In this document: one piece after another, positions 8,843-17,055 of the stretch
Position numbering within the stretch: position 1 is the stretch's first letter
Layout of the letters: each line of letters opens with the position of its first letter
Position numbers and translations under genes: made by a program
Notes under the pieces: generated by a model
Database searches by the model: none
What the model saw: the letters and a program-made list of their open reading frames with translations, nothing else
What the model was told of the DNA's origin: nothing
NCBI GenBank assembly: GCA_043803405.1
Contig: JAZDKB010000036.1
Location: forward strand, 76,963-140,962
Length of the DNA: 64,000 bases
Direction: 5' to 3'
DNA from: Spirochaetota bacterium
GTDB lineage: Bacteria > Spirochaetota > UBA4802 > JAFGDQ01

Positions 8843-9841
8843 ATGGAAACAGTCAGCTCACTATTGGATAAGGAATGGCTGCAAAGATATAAGAATATAT
8901 CGAAACTCAATATACGCAGTTCCATTTATGATGTTACAAACCAGTGCAATCTGCGATGCAAGGGCTGTTTCTTTTTTTCATCTGATGAGCACAAGAGGGG
9001 TCAGGAAGAAAAAGATTTAAATAAATGGGAACAGTTCATTGATAATGAGATAAAACGCGGAGTTAATCTCGCGATTCTGATAGGCGGAGAGCCGACGCTG
9101 TACCTTGACAGGGTCGAAGCATTTTACAAAAGGGTGCCTACATACTGCGCTACAAACGGCATTATTAAAGTTCCGCGCGACCGCTTTCCCGACATGATGA
9201 TCGGGATATCCCTGTGGGGCGATGAAGAAGACGAAAAAGTCCTGAGGGGCAAAAACGCTTTTGCTATCTCCAGGAAAAATTATGAAGGCGATCCTCATAC
9301 ATACTATTTGTATACCATCACTCCAAAACAGGTTGGGCATACAGAGCGCGTAATAAAGAAAATAAAAGATGCCGGATTAAAAGTACATCTGCAGCTTTTA
9401 TCCAATGATGAAGATGTTGACGGATTCCACTGGACTGAGGATCAGCTAAAGGATATATGCATTGAAATGGACGCAATGCTTGACAAATATCCTGAAACAA
9501 TCATTTCCAGCAAGTATTATCATAAAATCATAACAACAGGAATAATGATGGGACGTCCTTTCGGCTGGAAAGAATGCCCTTCAGTGACAGAACCGCTCGA
9601 CAAACGCAATCCCAGACCAAAAAGGCTTATCCATTTCATACGCTGGGCATCGGATCTGAAAACCATGCACAGATGCTGCACGTCCGAAACAAGGGATTGC
9701 ACAACATGCAAAGACGGGGCAGCGCACATGAGCTGGGTAATGGTCAACAAAAGAGAACACATTAAAACAAAAGAAGATCTCCAGAACTGGATTGAAGTTT
9801 ACGAGATGTTCGCGAAATTATACCAGTTCATTCCCTGGTGA
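8843..9841 (+). CDS. Radical SAM protein with Cys-rich C-terminus (paralogue 2)
   Basis: CNLRCKGC, GGEP, C-terminal CCTSETRDCTTC. Confidence 0.9.
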   Translation: METVSSLLDKEWLQRYKNISKLNIRSSIYDVTNQCNLRCKGCFFFSSDEHKRGQEEKDLNKWEQFIDNEIKRGVNLAILIGGEPTLYLDRVEAFYKRVPTYCATNGIIKVPRDRFPDMMIGISLWGDEEDEKVLRGKNAFAISRKNYEGDPHTYYLYTITPKQVGHTERVIKKIKDAGLKVHLQLLSNDEDVDGFHWTEDQLKDICIEMDAMLDKYPETIISSKYYHKIITTGIMMGRPFGWKECPSVTEPLDKRNPRPKRLIHFIRWASDLKTMHRCCTSETRDCTTCKDGAAHMSWVMVNKREHIKTKEDLQNWIEVYEMFAKLYQFIPW

Positions 9842-9849
9842 CCTCATGA

Positions 9850-9995
9850 GACTGTCTCATAATAAAAAATTTGCCACAGAGGCACAAAGGATATTTACTT
9901 AAATAAAGCTGTTTTATTAATATTTTAAACAATTCATTAAAATAATTGTTAAACTCTGTGCCTCAGTGTCTCAGTGGCATTCTTTTGAGACAATC
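9850..9995. repeat. Nested inverted-repeat (REP/MITE-like) intergenic element
   Basis: Outer gactgtctcataa / ttttgagacaatc; inner tgccacagaggcacaaag / ctctgtgcctcagtgtctcagtggca; AT-rich core. Confidence 0.65.
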
Positions 9996-10040
9996 CCCAG
10001 GGAGTGAGGTTCAAAACATACTTTTAGTATTAAATAAAAA

Positions 10041-11300
10041 TTGGCAAAAGAACGAAACAAACAGGCAGTAATACTGGGATACGATACTGTATCGCCTCTC
10101 GGAACAGATTTCCAAATCCAATGGAAGCGCGCTGTTAACGGAGAATGCGGTATAAAGGAACTTACTCGCTTTCCGCTACGTGAAGGTTTCCCGGTTAAAA
10201 TTGCCGGACAGGTTGATGAAATTGACTGCACGCCTTATCCGTTTTTAAGCCCCCGGGAGCTGGCCAACTGGACTTCTCCGATATTCAAATATGCAATGCT
10301 GGTTGTGCACAGAGCGCTTGTAAAAAGCGGAATAGAAATAACACCTGAATTATCCCCGAGAATCGGCATTACCTTCAGCTCTGCTGTAGGCGGCCTTGAT
10401 GCAGTTATTAATGCTGACAGATTATTAAACGCGAAAAACAAACTGCCTCATCCGTTTACAAATCCGAATTCATGCATAAATATGGTAGGCGGAAAAGTAT
10501 CTATATTAACAAAAGCCACAGGTCCGATTGTCTCAACCGTTACCGCGTGCGCTACAGGATGCACATCCATGATTATAGGCTCAATGATGATTGAGCAGGG
10601 AATGGCGGATGCTGTTATATGCGGAGCTGTAGATTTCTCGCTGGTTGAACCTATTGTCGGGGGCTTTGCTTCGATGAACGGCACATACAGCCCCAAAAAA
10701 GGCCAGCCTCATGAAGCGCCGGAAAAGACAAGCCGTCCATTTTCAATTAACAGAAGGGGATTCGTAATAAGCGAAGGAGCGGGGTCGGTAATAATTGCGT
10801 CCAGGGAATTTGCAGAATCGCACGGTCTTAAATATAATATTGCAATATCCGGTTACAGCATGACATCTGATGCGCATCATTTTGTGGCGCCTAATTATGA
10901 AACAGTTAAAAGATGCATTGCCCAGTCTATAGAAAATGCCGGACTTAAACCGCAGGATATTTCTGCCGTAAACGCGCATGCAACATCTACCAAAATAGGC
11001 GATACGGTTGAAGTTAAAGCTTTAACCGATGTTTTTAGCGGCAAAATACCGCCGGCTTCAGGAAACAAATCGCAGATAGGGCATTGCATGGGTGCTTCAA
11101 GCGCAATCGAGGCTATTTTTGCCATGGAAGGTATGATGCGCTATACATTGCTTCCTACAATAAACTATACGCCCGATCCTGAACTTGTTATCGACTGCGT
11201 ACCGGAGGGCGCGAGGCACGCTGAACAGGAATTTGTGCTAAAAAACGCGTTCGGGTTCGGCGGATGCAATTCATGCCTTGTTTTTCAAAGAGAAAATTAA
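10041..11300 (+). CDS. fabF: Beta-ketoacyl-ACP synthase II-like (KAS 1)
   Basis: TACATG, NAHATST, GHCMG and NAFGFGG; Cys-His-His triad intact. Confidence 0.9.
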   Translation: MAKERNKQAVILGYDTVSPLGTDFQIQWKRAVNGECGIKELTRFPLREGFPVKIAGQVDEIDCTPYPFLSPRELANWTSPIFKYAMLVVHRALVKSGIEITPELSPRIGITFSSAVGGLDAVINADRLLNAKNKLPHPFTNPNSCINMVGGKVSILTKATGPIVSTVTACATGCTSMIIGSMMIEQGMADAVICGAVDFSLVEPIVGGFASMNGTYSPKKGQPHEAPEKTSRPFSINRRGFVISEGAGSVIIASREFAESHGLKYNIAISGYSMTSDAHHFVAPNYETVKRCIAQSIENAGLKPQDISAVNAHATSTKIGDTVEVKALTDVFSGKIPPASGNKSQIGHCMGASSAIEAIFAMEGMMRYTLLPTINYTPDPELVIDCVPEGARHAEQEFVLKNAFGFGGCNSCLVFQREN

Positions 11301-11303
11301 TTT

Positions 11304-11502
11304 ACCACAGATGGACACAGATTAAACAAGTTATTAAAAATTTTGATAAAAGGATATTTTTTAGTTTTAAAAAAATTATTTTCCTTTACTTACTTTATTT
11401 CTTTTATTTTTATATCTTCAAATGTGTATAATATTATACTTTTCGAATAATTTTTTTTAAAATTTGAGACATAATTATAATTTTTCTGTGTAAATCTGTG
11501 GT
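11304..11502. repeat. Inverted-repeat-bounded AT-rich intergenic element
   Basis: accacagatggacacaga (11304-11321) vs tctgtgtaaatctgtggt (11485-11502), 16/18 complementary. Confidence 0.65.
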
Positions 11503-11511
11503 TAAACAATT

Positions 11512-12777
11512 ATGAAGGCACCAAAGAACAGACGCGTATTCGTTATCGGATACGAAGTCATAACTCCGCTCGGAAAAACTTTTAAAGAGACCTGGAACAG
11601 GGCTGTAAAATCGGAAGCCGGTTTCAGGAAGCTTACCAAGTTTAATGTGCAGTCGGATTGCAACGTGGTCGGGGAAATACCGGATTGGAATCCTGCAGAA
11701 TTTAATTTTGTAGATGAAAAAGAAATATATAACTGGAACGCTGCTTTTATTATTTTAACAATGGCAGTATGCAAGGCAGCGCTCGAAAATTCCGGGCTTG
11801 AGATTAATAAGATAACGAGTCCGAGAACCGCCTGTTTAATATCATCCTGTATTAATGGACATGATGCATACCGTATTGCAATGGACAGCCTTCTTAACAA
11901 AGGGCCATTAAAAGTGAGTCCTTATTTGCTTCCGAACATGTGCGGAAATCTGCCGGGTGGAAAATCAAGCATGCTTCTGGGCTTTACGGGTCCCATATTT
12001 TCACCGCAGGGCGCATGCGCTTCGGGCAACCATTCAATCGGACTCGGAGCCCGTATGATAAGGGATGGAGACTGCGACTTTGCAATAGTGGGCGGAGCTG
12101 ACACTCCTATCCTTCCGGAAATAATTCACGGATTCGACAACATGAATGCCACCTTAAAGGTGCGGCCAAAAGACCGCGCTTACGATGATCCGGCTCAGGC
12201 CTCCAGGCCGTTCAGCGGTGACAGAAAGGGCTTTATACTGTCCGAGGGCGCAGGGGCGCTTGTACTTGCTGCCGAGGAGATGCTCACGACTTATGGTTTA
12301 AAACCGAAAGCTGAAGTGCTCGGCATAGGCTGGACATCGGACGCGTATCATTTTACAACGCCGAATAAAGACAGCATTGTCCGCTGCATAAACGAAGCAA
12401 TTGATGACGCGGCTTTAAAACCTGAGGACATCCAGTATGTAAATGCCCACGGCACGTCAACGCAGACGGGAGACAGAAGCGAGGTCGAATGCCTTCAAAG
12501 AGTGTTCGGTAAACACCTTGCTCACATGCCGGTATCCTCAAACAAATCCCAGCTTGGCCATACGCTTGCGGGTTGCGCTGCAATAGAAGCTGCGCTTACA
12601 ATAGAAGGAATGCAAAAAGGAATAATCCTGCCGACCATTAATCATATACCTGACCCTAAGATAGAGAACATTGACGTGGTTCCCAACACACCGCGCAAAC
12701 AAAATTTTGAGCTTGCGCTTTCCAATGCATTCGGCTTTGGCGGCACCAACTGCTGCGTCATATTCAGGGGAGTTTAG
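11512..12777 (+). CDS. fabF: Beta-ketoacyl-ACP synthase II-like (KAS 2)
   Basis: GACASG, NAHGTST, GHTL and NAFGFGG; triad intact. Confidence 0.9.
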   Translation: MKAPKNRRVFVIGYEVITPLGKTFKETWNRAVKSEAGFRKLTKFNVQSDCNVVGEIPDWNPAEFNFVDEKEIYNWNAAFIILTMAVCKAALENSGLEINKITSPRTACLISSCINGHDAYRIAMDSLLNKGPLKVSPYLLPNMCGNLPGGKSSMLLGFTGPIFSPQGACASGNHSIGLGARMIRDGDCDFAIVGGADTPILPEIIHGFDNMNATLKVRPKDRAYDDPAQASRPFSGDRKGFILSEGAGALVLAAEEMLTTYGLKPKAEVLGIGWTSDAYHFTTPNKDSIVRCINEAIDDAALKPEDIQYVNAHGTSTQTGDRSEVECLQRVFGKHLAHMPVSSNKSQLGHTLAGCAAIEAALTIEGMQKGIILPTINHIPDPKIENIDVVPNTPRKQNFELALSNAFGFGGTNCCVIFRGV

Positions 12778-12778
12778 A

Positions 12779-13267
12779 ATGAAGCCGAAGCCTTTTATTG
12801 CAAAGATATATAATAATGACGAACGTTATGTGAAAGAAGAGTCAACCGGCCTCATCTGGCACAGATGCAGCCACCGCACGCTGTACGCTGATACTGACCG
12901 GTCGTCCGTGGTTTATCATTCCAATTATCTGCGCTATTTCGAGCAGGGACGCGCTACCCTTATGCGCGATAACGTGTACCCGTATTATGAAATAGAAGAA
13001 AGCGGGTACGTATATCCGATCATTGAAACTGGGATCAAATACTTCAGGCCTCTTCGTTATGATGACCTGATGTGGATTCATACAAGGCCGGATATGATAG
13101 AACGCGTTAAGCTGCAGTTCGAATATTTAATAACTCATACCGAAACCGGCGAAATCGTCTGCACCGGTTTCACCCGTCATTGCGCTTCCAATAAATCCGG
13201 CAAACCTGTCGCAATAGATCCCAAAACGGTTGAGCTATGGAAAAACTTCCCAATAATCCGGAAATGA
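12779..13267 (+). CDS. Acyl-CoA/acyl-ACP thioesterase (YbgC/4HBT hotdog family)
   Basis: 'YADTD..VVYHSNYLRYFEQGR' motif; likely start is ATG 12779, just after the KAS stop. Confidence 0.88.
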   Translation: MKPKPFIAKIYNNDERYVKEESTGLIWHRCSHRTLYADTDRSSVVYHSNYLRYFEQGRATLMRDNVYPYYEIEESGYVYPIIETGIKYFRPLRYDDLMWIHTRPDMIERVKLQFEYLITHTETGEIVCTGFTRHCASNKSGKPVAIDPKTVELWKNFPIIRK

Positions 13268-14748
13268 CCGGGAAACAAAGTATTCAAATCGAAATACCAA
13301 TCTATCCGTTCATGAAAGATCACAGATTTTCCGGCAGAATTGTTATCCCTGCTGTGGAATTATGCCAGGTACTTGCTCTGGAAATAAAAAAGCATATACC
13401 GGATATAAATAATCAAATAATATATAATGCTTCATTCGATAAATTTATTGATATCAATGGTGATGAGAAAATAACTGCACTTAACGAAATTAAATCTTAT
13501 GAGGACGGCACGTTTGTATCAAAACTATTAACAAAGACAAAAACAAGATCCGGCATAATCCGCACCAATGAACATGTATCAATGGACTTCAGAAAGGACG
13601 CTCTGCCATTTAAAGAATTAACTTACGATGTCGCTTCTGCGCTTGACGGCTTGTGTTTGCGGGTGCAGCCACAGGAAATCTACAGCGAGCTTGTGCCGTT
13701 CGGCCCGGCTTATCATAATGTCACAGGCGACCTGTATGTGGCGGACAGCGGAGCTGCTGCCTGCATAGTTGCACCGGCGGAGATGAGCCCCGGCCCGCTC
13801 GGGTCGCCTTTTGTTTTCGATGCTGCTTTGCACGCTGCCAGCGTATGGGCGCAGCGTTATCATAATACAACTGCTTTTCCGGTCGCGTTTTCCAAGCGGA
13901 TCATACTAAAGCCGGCAGAGGCAGGCAAAAAATATTTTACAAGGATTATTCCGGTACAGTCCGAAGCAAAAATATTTAAATTTGATATCTGGATTTACGA
14001 TTACGAAGGCGTTCTTCGCGAGGCGGGGTTCGGCGTCTCATTCAGGGATGTAACCGGAGGCACATTACAGACTCCGGAATGGATAACTAAAAATAAAAAT
14101 AATTTATTGTATGATATTTTATCGAAATGTGATGCGTTTTCGGTTGTTGAGCTGGATCAGATACCGGAGTTCGCCTCCAAAGCTCTCTCAATCGATGAAC
14201 TTCGCAGGCTGGAACCCATGAGAGAGAAACGCAGAAAAAGTTACACAGGCGCAAGACTGGCATGTAAATTTCTTTCCAGGAAACTCTCCAAAGAAAGCTT
14301 TGATCTGCCCGCAGATAAAATCACAACTATCATAAATAACATTTACCCTGCATGCCCGCTTCCGGACGGCAGCATGCCATACAAATGTACGGTTTCTCAC
14401 GACAGCCGTTTCGCTGTTGCAGCAGCATCACGAAAGCGCATAGGCATTGATGTTGAAGAGATATCTGAGCGTGTTATAGAGCTAAGAAAATATTATATGA
14501 GCGAGGAAGAACAAAATCTTGTTGATTCTTCAGGTCTGGAAAAAAAGGCAGCATGCCTCAGGATCTGGTCAATTAAGGAAGCAGTAACAAAAGCTCTCGA
14601 CATAGATCTAACCGGATCATGGAAAAGCGTGCAGGTAATGGATATCGGTGAAAATATCACCAAATTTTTAATTAATAATATTGAAAATAATGCATACCAC
14701 TGTACTATAGATAATCATATCTTTACGCTGGTTCAGTTCGGGGAATAA
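13264..14748 (+). CDS. Fusion: polyketide-synthase-type dehydratase plus Sfp-type 4'-phosphopantetheinyl transferase
   Basis: N-terminal 'DHRFSGRIVIPA' (HxxxGxxxxP), 'FGPAY' and 'FDAALH'; C-terminal 'VSHD...IGIDVE...WSIKEAVTKA'; ATGA overlap with the thioesterase stop. Confidence 0.85.
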   Translation: MTGKQSIQIEIPIYPFMKDHRFSGRIVIPAVELCQVLALEIKKHIPDINNQIIYNASFDKFIDINGDEKITALNEIKSYEDGTFVSKLLTKTKTRSGIIRTNEHVSMDFRKDALPFKELTYDVASALDGLCLRVQPQEIYSELVPFGPAYHNVTGDLYVADSGAAACIVAPAEMSPGPLGSPFVFDAALHAASVWAQRYHNTTAFPVAFSKRIILKPAEAGKKYFTRIIPVQSEAKIFKFDIWIYDYEGVLREAGFGVSFRDVTGGTLQTPEWITKNKNNLLYDILSKCDAFSVVELDQIPEFASKALSIDELRRLEPMREKRRKSYTGARLACKFLSRKLSKESFDLPADKITTIINNIYPACPLPDGSMPYKCTVSHDSRFAVAAASRKRIGIDVEEISERVIELRKYYMSEEEQNLVDSSGLEKKAACLRIWSIKEAVTKALDIDLTGSWKSVQVMDIGENITKFLINNIENNAYHCTIDNHIFTLVQFGE

Positions 14749-15338
14749 TGTTGCAGGTTATCATTCTATTTATAGCTGCGTATCTGGCTGGTTCTGTTAA
14801 TATAGCTATTCTGCTTTTTAAAATTATCGGCAAGGAAGATCCGCGCAGCAAATTCAGCGGCAATGCTGGAACAGTAAACATTTACCGCCAGGCAGGGCTT
14901 TTCTGGGCAGCGGTTGTATTTATACTGGATTTCAGCAAAGCAATCGGGTTATCCGCGCTTTCTTTGCATCTGTTGGAACCGGAGTTCGCGCCGCTGATCT
15001 GCTTAGGGTTGCTTCTGGGAAACAGGTTCCCGTGCTTTCATGGTTTCCGCGGAGGAAAAGGAGTAGCGAACTTTCTCGGATTTACCGCAGTTATTACGCC
15101 GATATGGGCAGGGGCAGCTGCAGCTGTGTGGGTAATTGTTTACCTGATTGTGAAGACGCCTTTTATTGCATCGCTTTCAATGACGATTCTGTTGGCTATC
15201 GGGATTATAATAGCAAATCAATATAATCAGTTCTCTGCGGTAATCAGTATCCTGATAGTATTATTTATTATTTATAATCATAAAATAAATATTACTGAAT
15301 TTAAAAAGAATTTTAAAAATCAGTCCAAATCTCCATAA
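14748..15338 (+). CDS. plsY: Glycerol-3-phosphate acyltransferase PlsY family
   Basis: 'YLAGSVN...DPR...SGNAGTVN', 'FRGGKGVA' and 'HKINI'; multiple TM helices; TAATG overlap. Confidence 0.85.
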   Translation: MLQVIILFIAAYLAGSVNIAILLFKIIGKEDPRSKFSGNAGTVNIYRQAGLFWAAVVFILDFSKAIGLSALSLHLLEPEFAPLICLGLLLGNRFPCFHGFRGGKGVANFLGFTAVITPIWAGAAAAVWVIVYLIVKTPFIASLSMTILLAIGIIIANQYNQFSAVISILIVLFIIYNHKINITEFKKNFKNQSKSP

Positions 15339-15342
15339 CCGC

Positions 15343-15375
15343 AATAAGTCGGGATAATAATTATCCTGATTTATT
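15343..15375 (+). terminator. Stem-loop after plsY (terminator or RNA stabiliser)
   Basis: aataagtcgggataat / attatcctgatttatt, 16-bp stem with two G-U pairs. Confidence 0.45.
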
Positions 15376-15425
15376 CGCTAAGATAAGAGGTTTTGGAATG
15401 CAATAATGTTAAAGAAGAATGAGTT

Positions 15426-16817
15426 ATGAATAACAAATTATTTATTATAATATTGATTTGTATCTTATCATTAATAACCAGCTTTGCGTATTTAGAAGAA
15501 AACACAAATGCTGAAAAACTGCCGAAAAACGCAAAATACCTGCAGGAACCGGTGTTTAACAGTAAAATATATTTTTATGAATCAGACAACGAATTCAAAA
15601 TAAATGTTATACTGGTACACGGCGTAGGCGATGACGCTTCGGATATATGGAAAGGCCTGGTCCCGGTGCTTGAAAAACAGTTTCATGTGATTTATTTTGA
15701 TCTTCCGGGATTCGGAAGATCGGGAAAAGAAGATGCCCTTTATTCGCCGCAAAACTACGCAGCATTAATTAAATGGATCCGTGACCGGAACCCGGATAAA
15801 CCGATGTACTTAATCGGGCACTCAATGGGCGGGGCTATTTCGCTTTGTTATGCAGGCACATATCCACAAAGCTTACAGCGCCTCATACTTGTTGACGCAG
15901 CAGGCATTTTGCACAGAACGGCTTTTACAAAAAACCTCGCGGAAGCTAAAGTATCGGAACTGAGCAGAAATAAAATTTTCAGCGATGAACTGGATATATT
16001 AAGCCGCTTTATTGAGACCAGCTTATTAATGAACGAAATGCAGCAGATACTTCCAAAGGATTTATCGCCTGTTCTTGAAAATTCTTTTTTAAGGCGAAAG
16101 CTTCTCAGCAGTCCGCAAAAAATAGCATCCGTATCTATGATTTACAGTGATTTCAGCAAGCAGATTGAAAATATTAATGTTCCGTGTTTTATTATATGGG
16201 GCGGTAAAGATCCGATAGCGCCGCTAAGAACAGGCAAAATGCTTGCCTCGAATATTCAGAACTCAAGTCTTTTTATAATGCCCGGGCTTGGCCATAACCC
16301 GATGATCGAACGTCCTGCCGAATTTAATAATCTTATCTTAAAAAGTCTAACTGCCGAATCCGTGCCAAATCAGGAAAAAAAATCACAATCTTTAAATATT
16401 AAATCCATCACACTCGACAACAGAGAAAACGTGATCATTGAGGGTGATTATAAAGAAATTAAGATAAATAATTGCCGGAATATTTTAATAAAAAATACAA
16501 ATGCCAGTGCAGTTAAAATAAAAAATTCGTGGGTTGATATGGAAAATATTTCTGTAAATTCCTCCGAAGTCGGCATGATTCTGGAAGAATCAATCATTGA
16601 AATTACCGGCGGTGTTATTTCCGGGGATACTGGGATTTCGGTTTCCGACAGCAAAGTCGATATCGCAGGAGTAAAAATAGAAGGGAAAAAGGCTGCAGTT
16701 TCATCAAGTTCAAAAAGCAATTCCACTATTGTTTTTTCAGTATGCAGAATCAGAAGCCCTTACAACAATAAAAATATTCATGATATTATTGAGATCACAA
16801 AGGAAAACTCATTATAA
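15426..16817 (+). CDS. Secreted alpha/beta hydrolase with C-terminal beta-helix-like extension
   Basis: Signal-like N-terminus; HG, DLPGFG, GHSMG, GGKDP and GHNP; Ile/Ser/Gly-rich periodic C-terminus. Confidence 0.8.
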   Translation: MNNKLFIIILICILSLITSFAYLEENTNAEKLPKNAKYLQEPVFNSKIYFYESDNEFKINVILVHGVGDDASDIWKGLVPVLEKQFHVIYFDLPGFGRSGKEDALYSPQNYAALIKWIRDRNPDKPMYLIGHSMGGAISLCYAGTYPQSLQRLILVDAAGILHRTAFTKNLAEAKVSELSRNKIFSDELDILSRFIETSLLMNEMQQILPKDLSPVLENSFLRRKLLSSPQKIASVSMIYSDFSKQIENINVPCFIIWGGKDPIAPLRTGKMLASNIQNSSLFIMPGLGHNPMIERPAEFNNLILKSLTAESVPNQEKKSQSLNIKSITLDNRENVIIEGDYKEIKINNCRNILIKNTNASAVKIKNSWVDMENISVNSSEVGMILEESIIEITGGVISGDTGISVSDSKVDIAGVKIEGKKAAVSSSSKSNSTIVFSVCRIRSPYNNKNIHDIIEITKENSL

Positions 16818-17055
16818 TAACTTTTTAGAGGATTTGTAAAAGAAAATCAGGATAGCAGGTATAATATTCAAACCTCCAAATAATATTGCTTTATGTGACA
16901 ATAAAGCCCGCCTCACCATATAACACTTCCAGCTCTTTTCCTTGACAAAAAACAGTCCGGGAATACTATTGAATTACCGGCGGATTTATTGCTGATTTCA
17001 TGTCCCAGATTACGTATAATGAGCAAAGCCGGCAAAACCCTCCCGGAGAAAAACT

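Noticed and set aside
7689..9841. RiPP maturases (SPASM-type radical SAMs)
   Set aside because: No precursor peptide, RRE/PqqD domain, peptidase or transporter; the flanking genes are ACP and KAS
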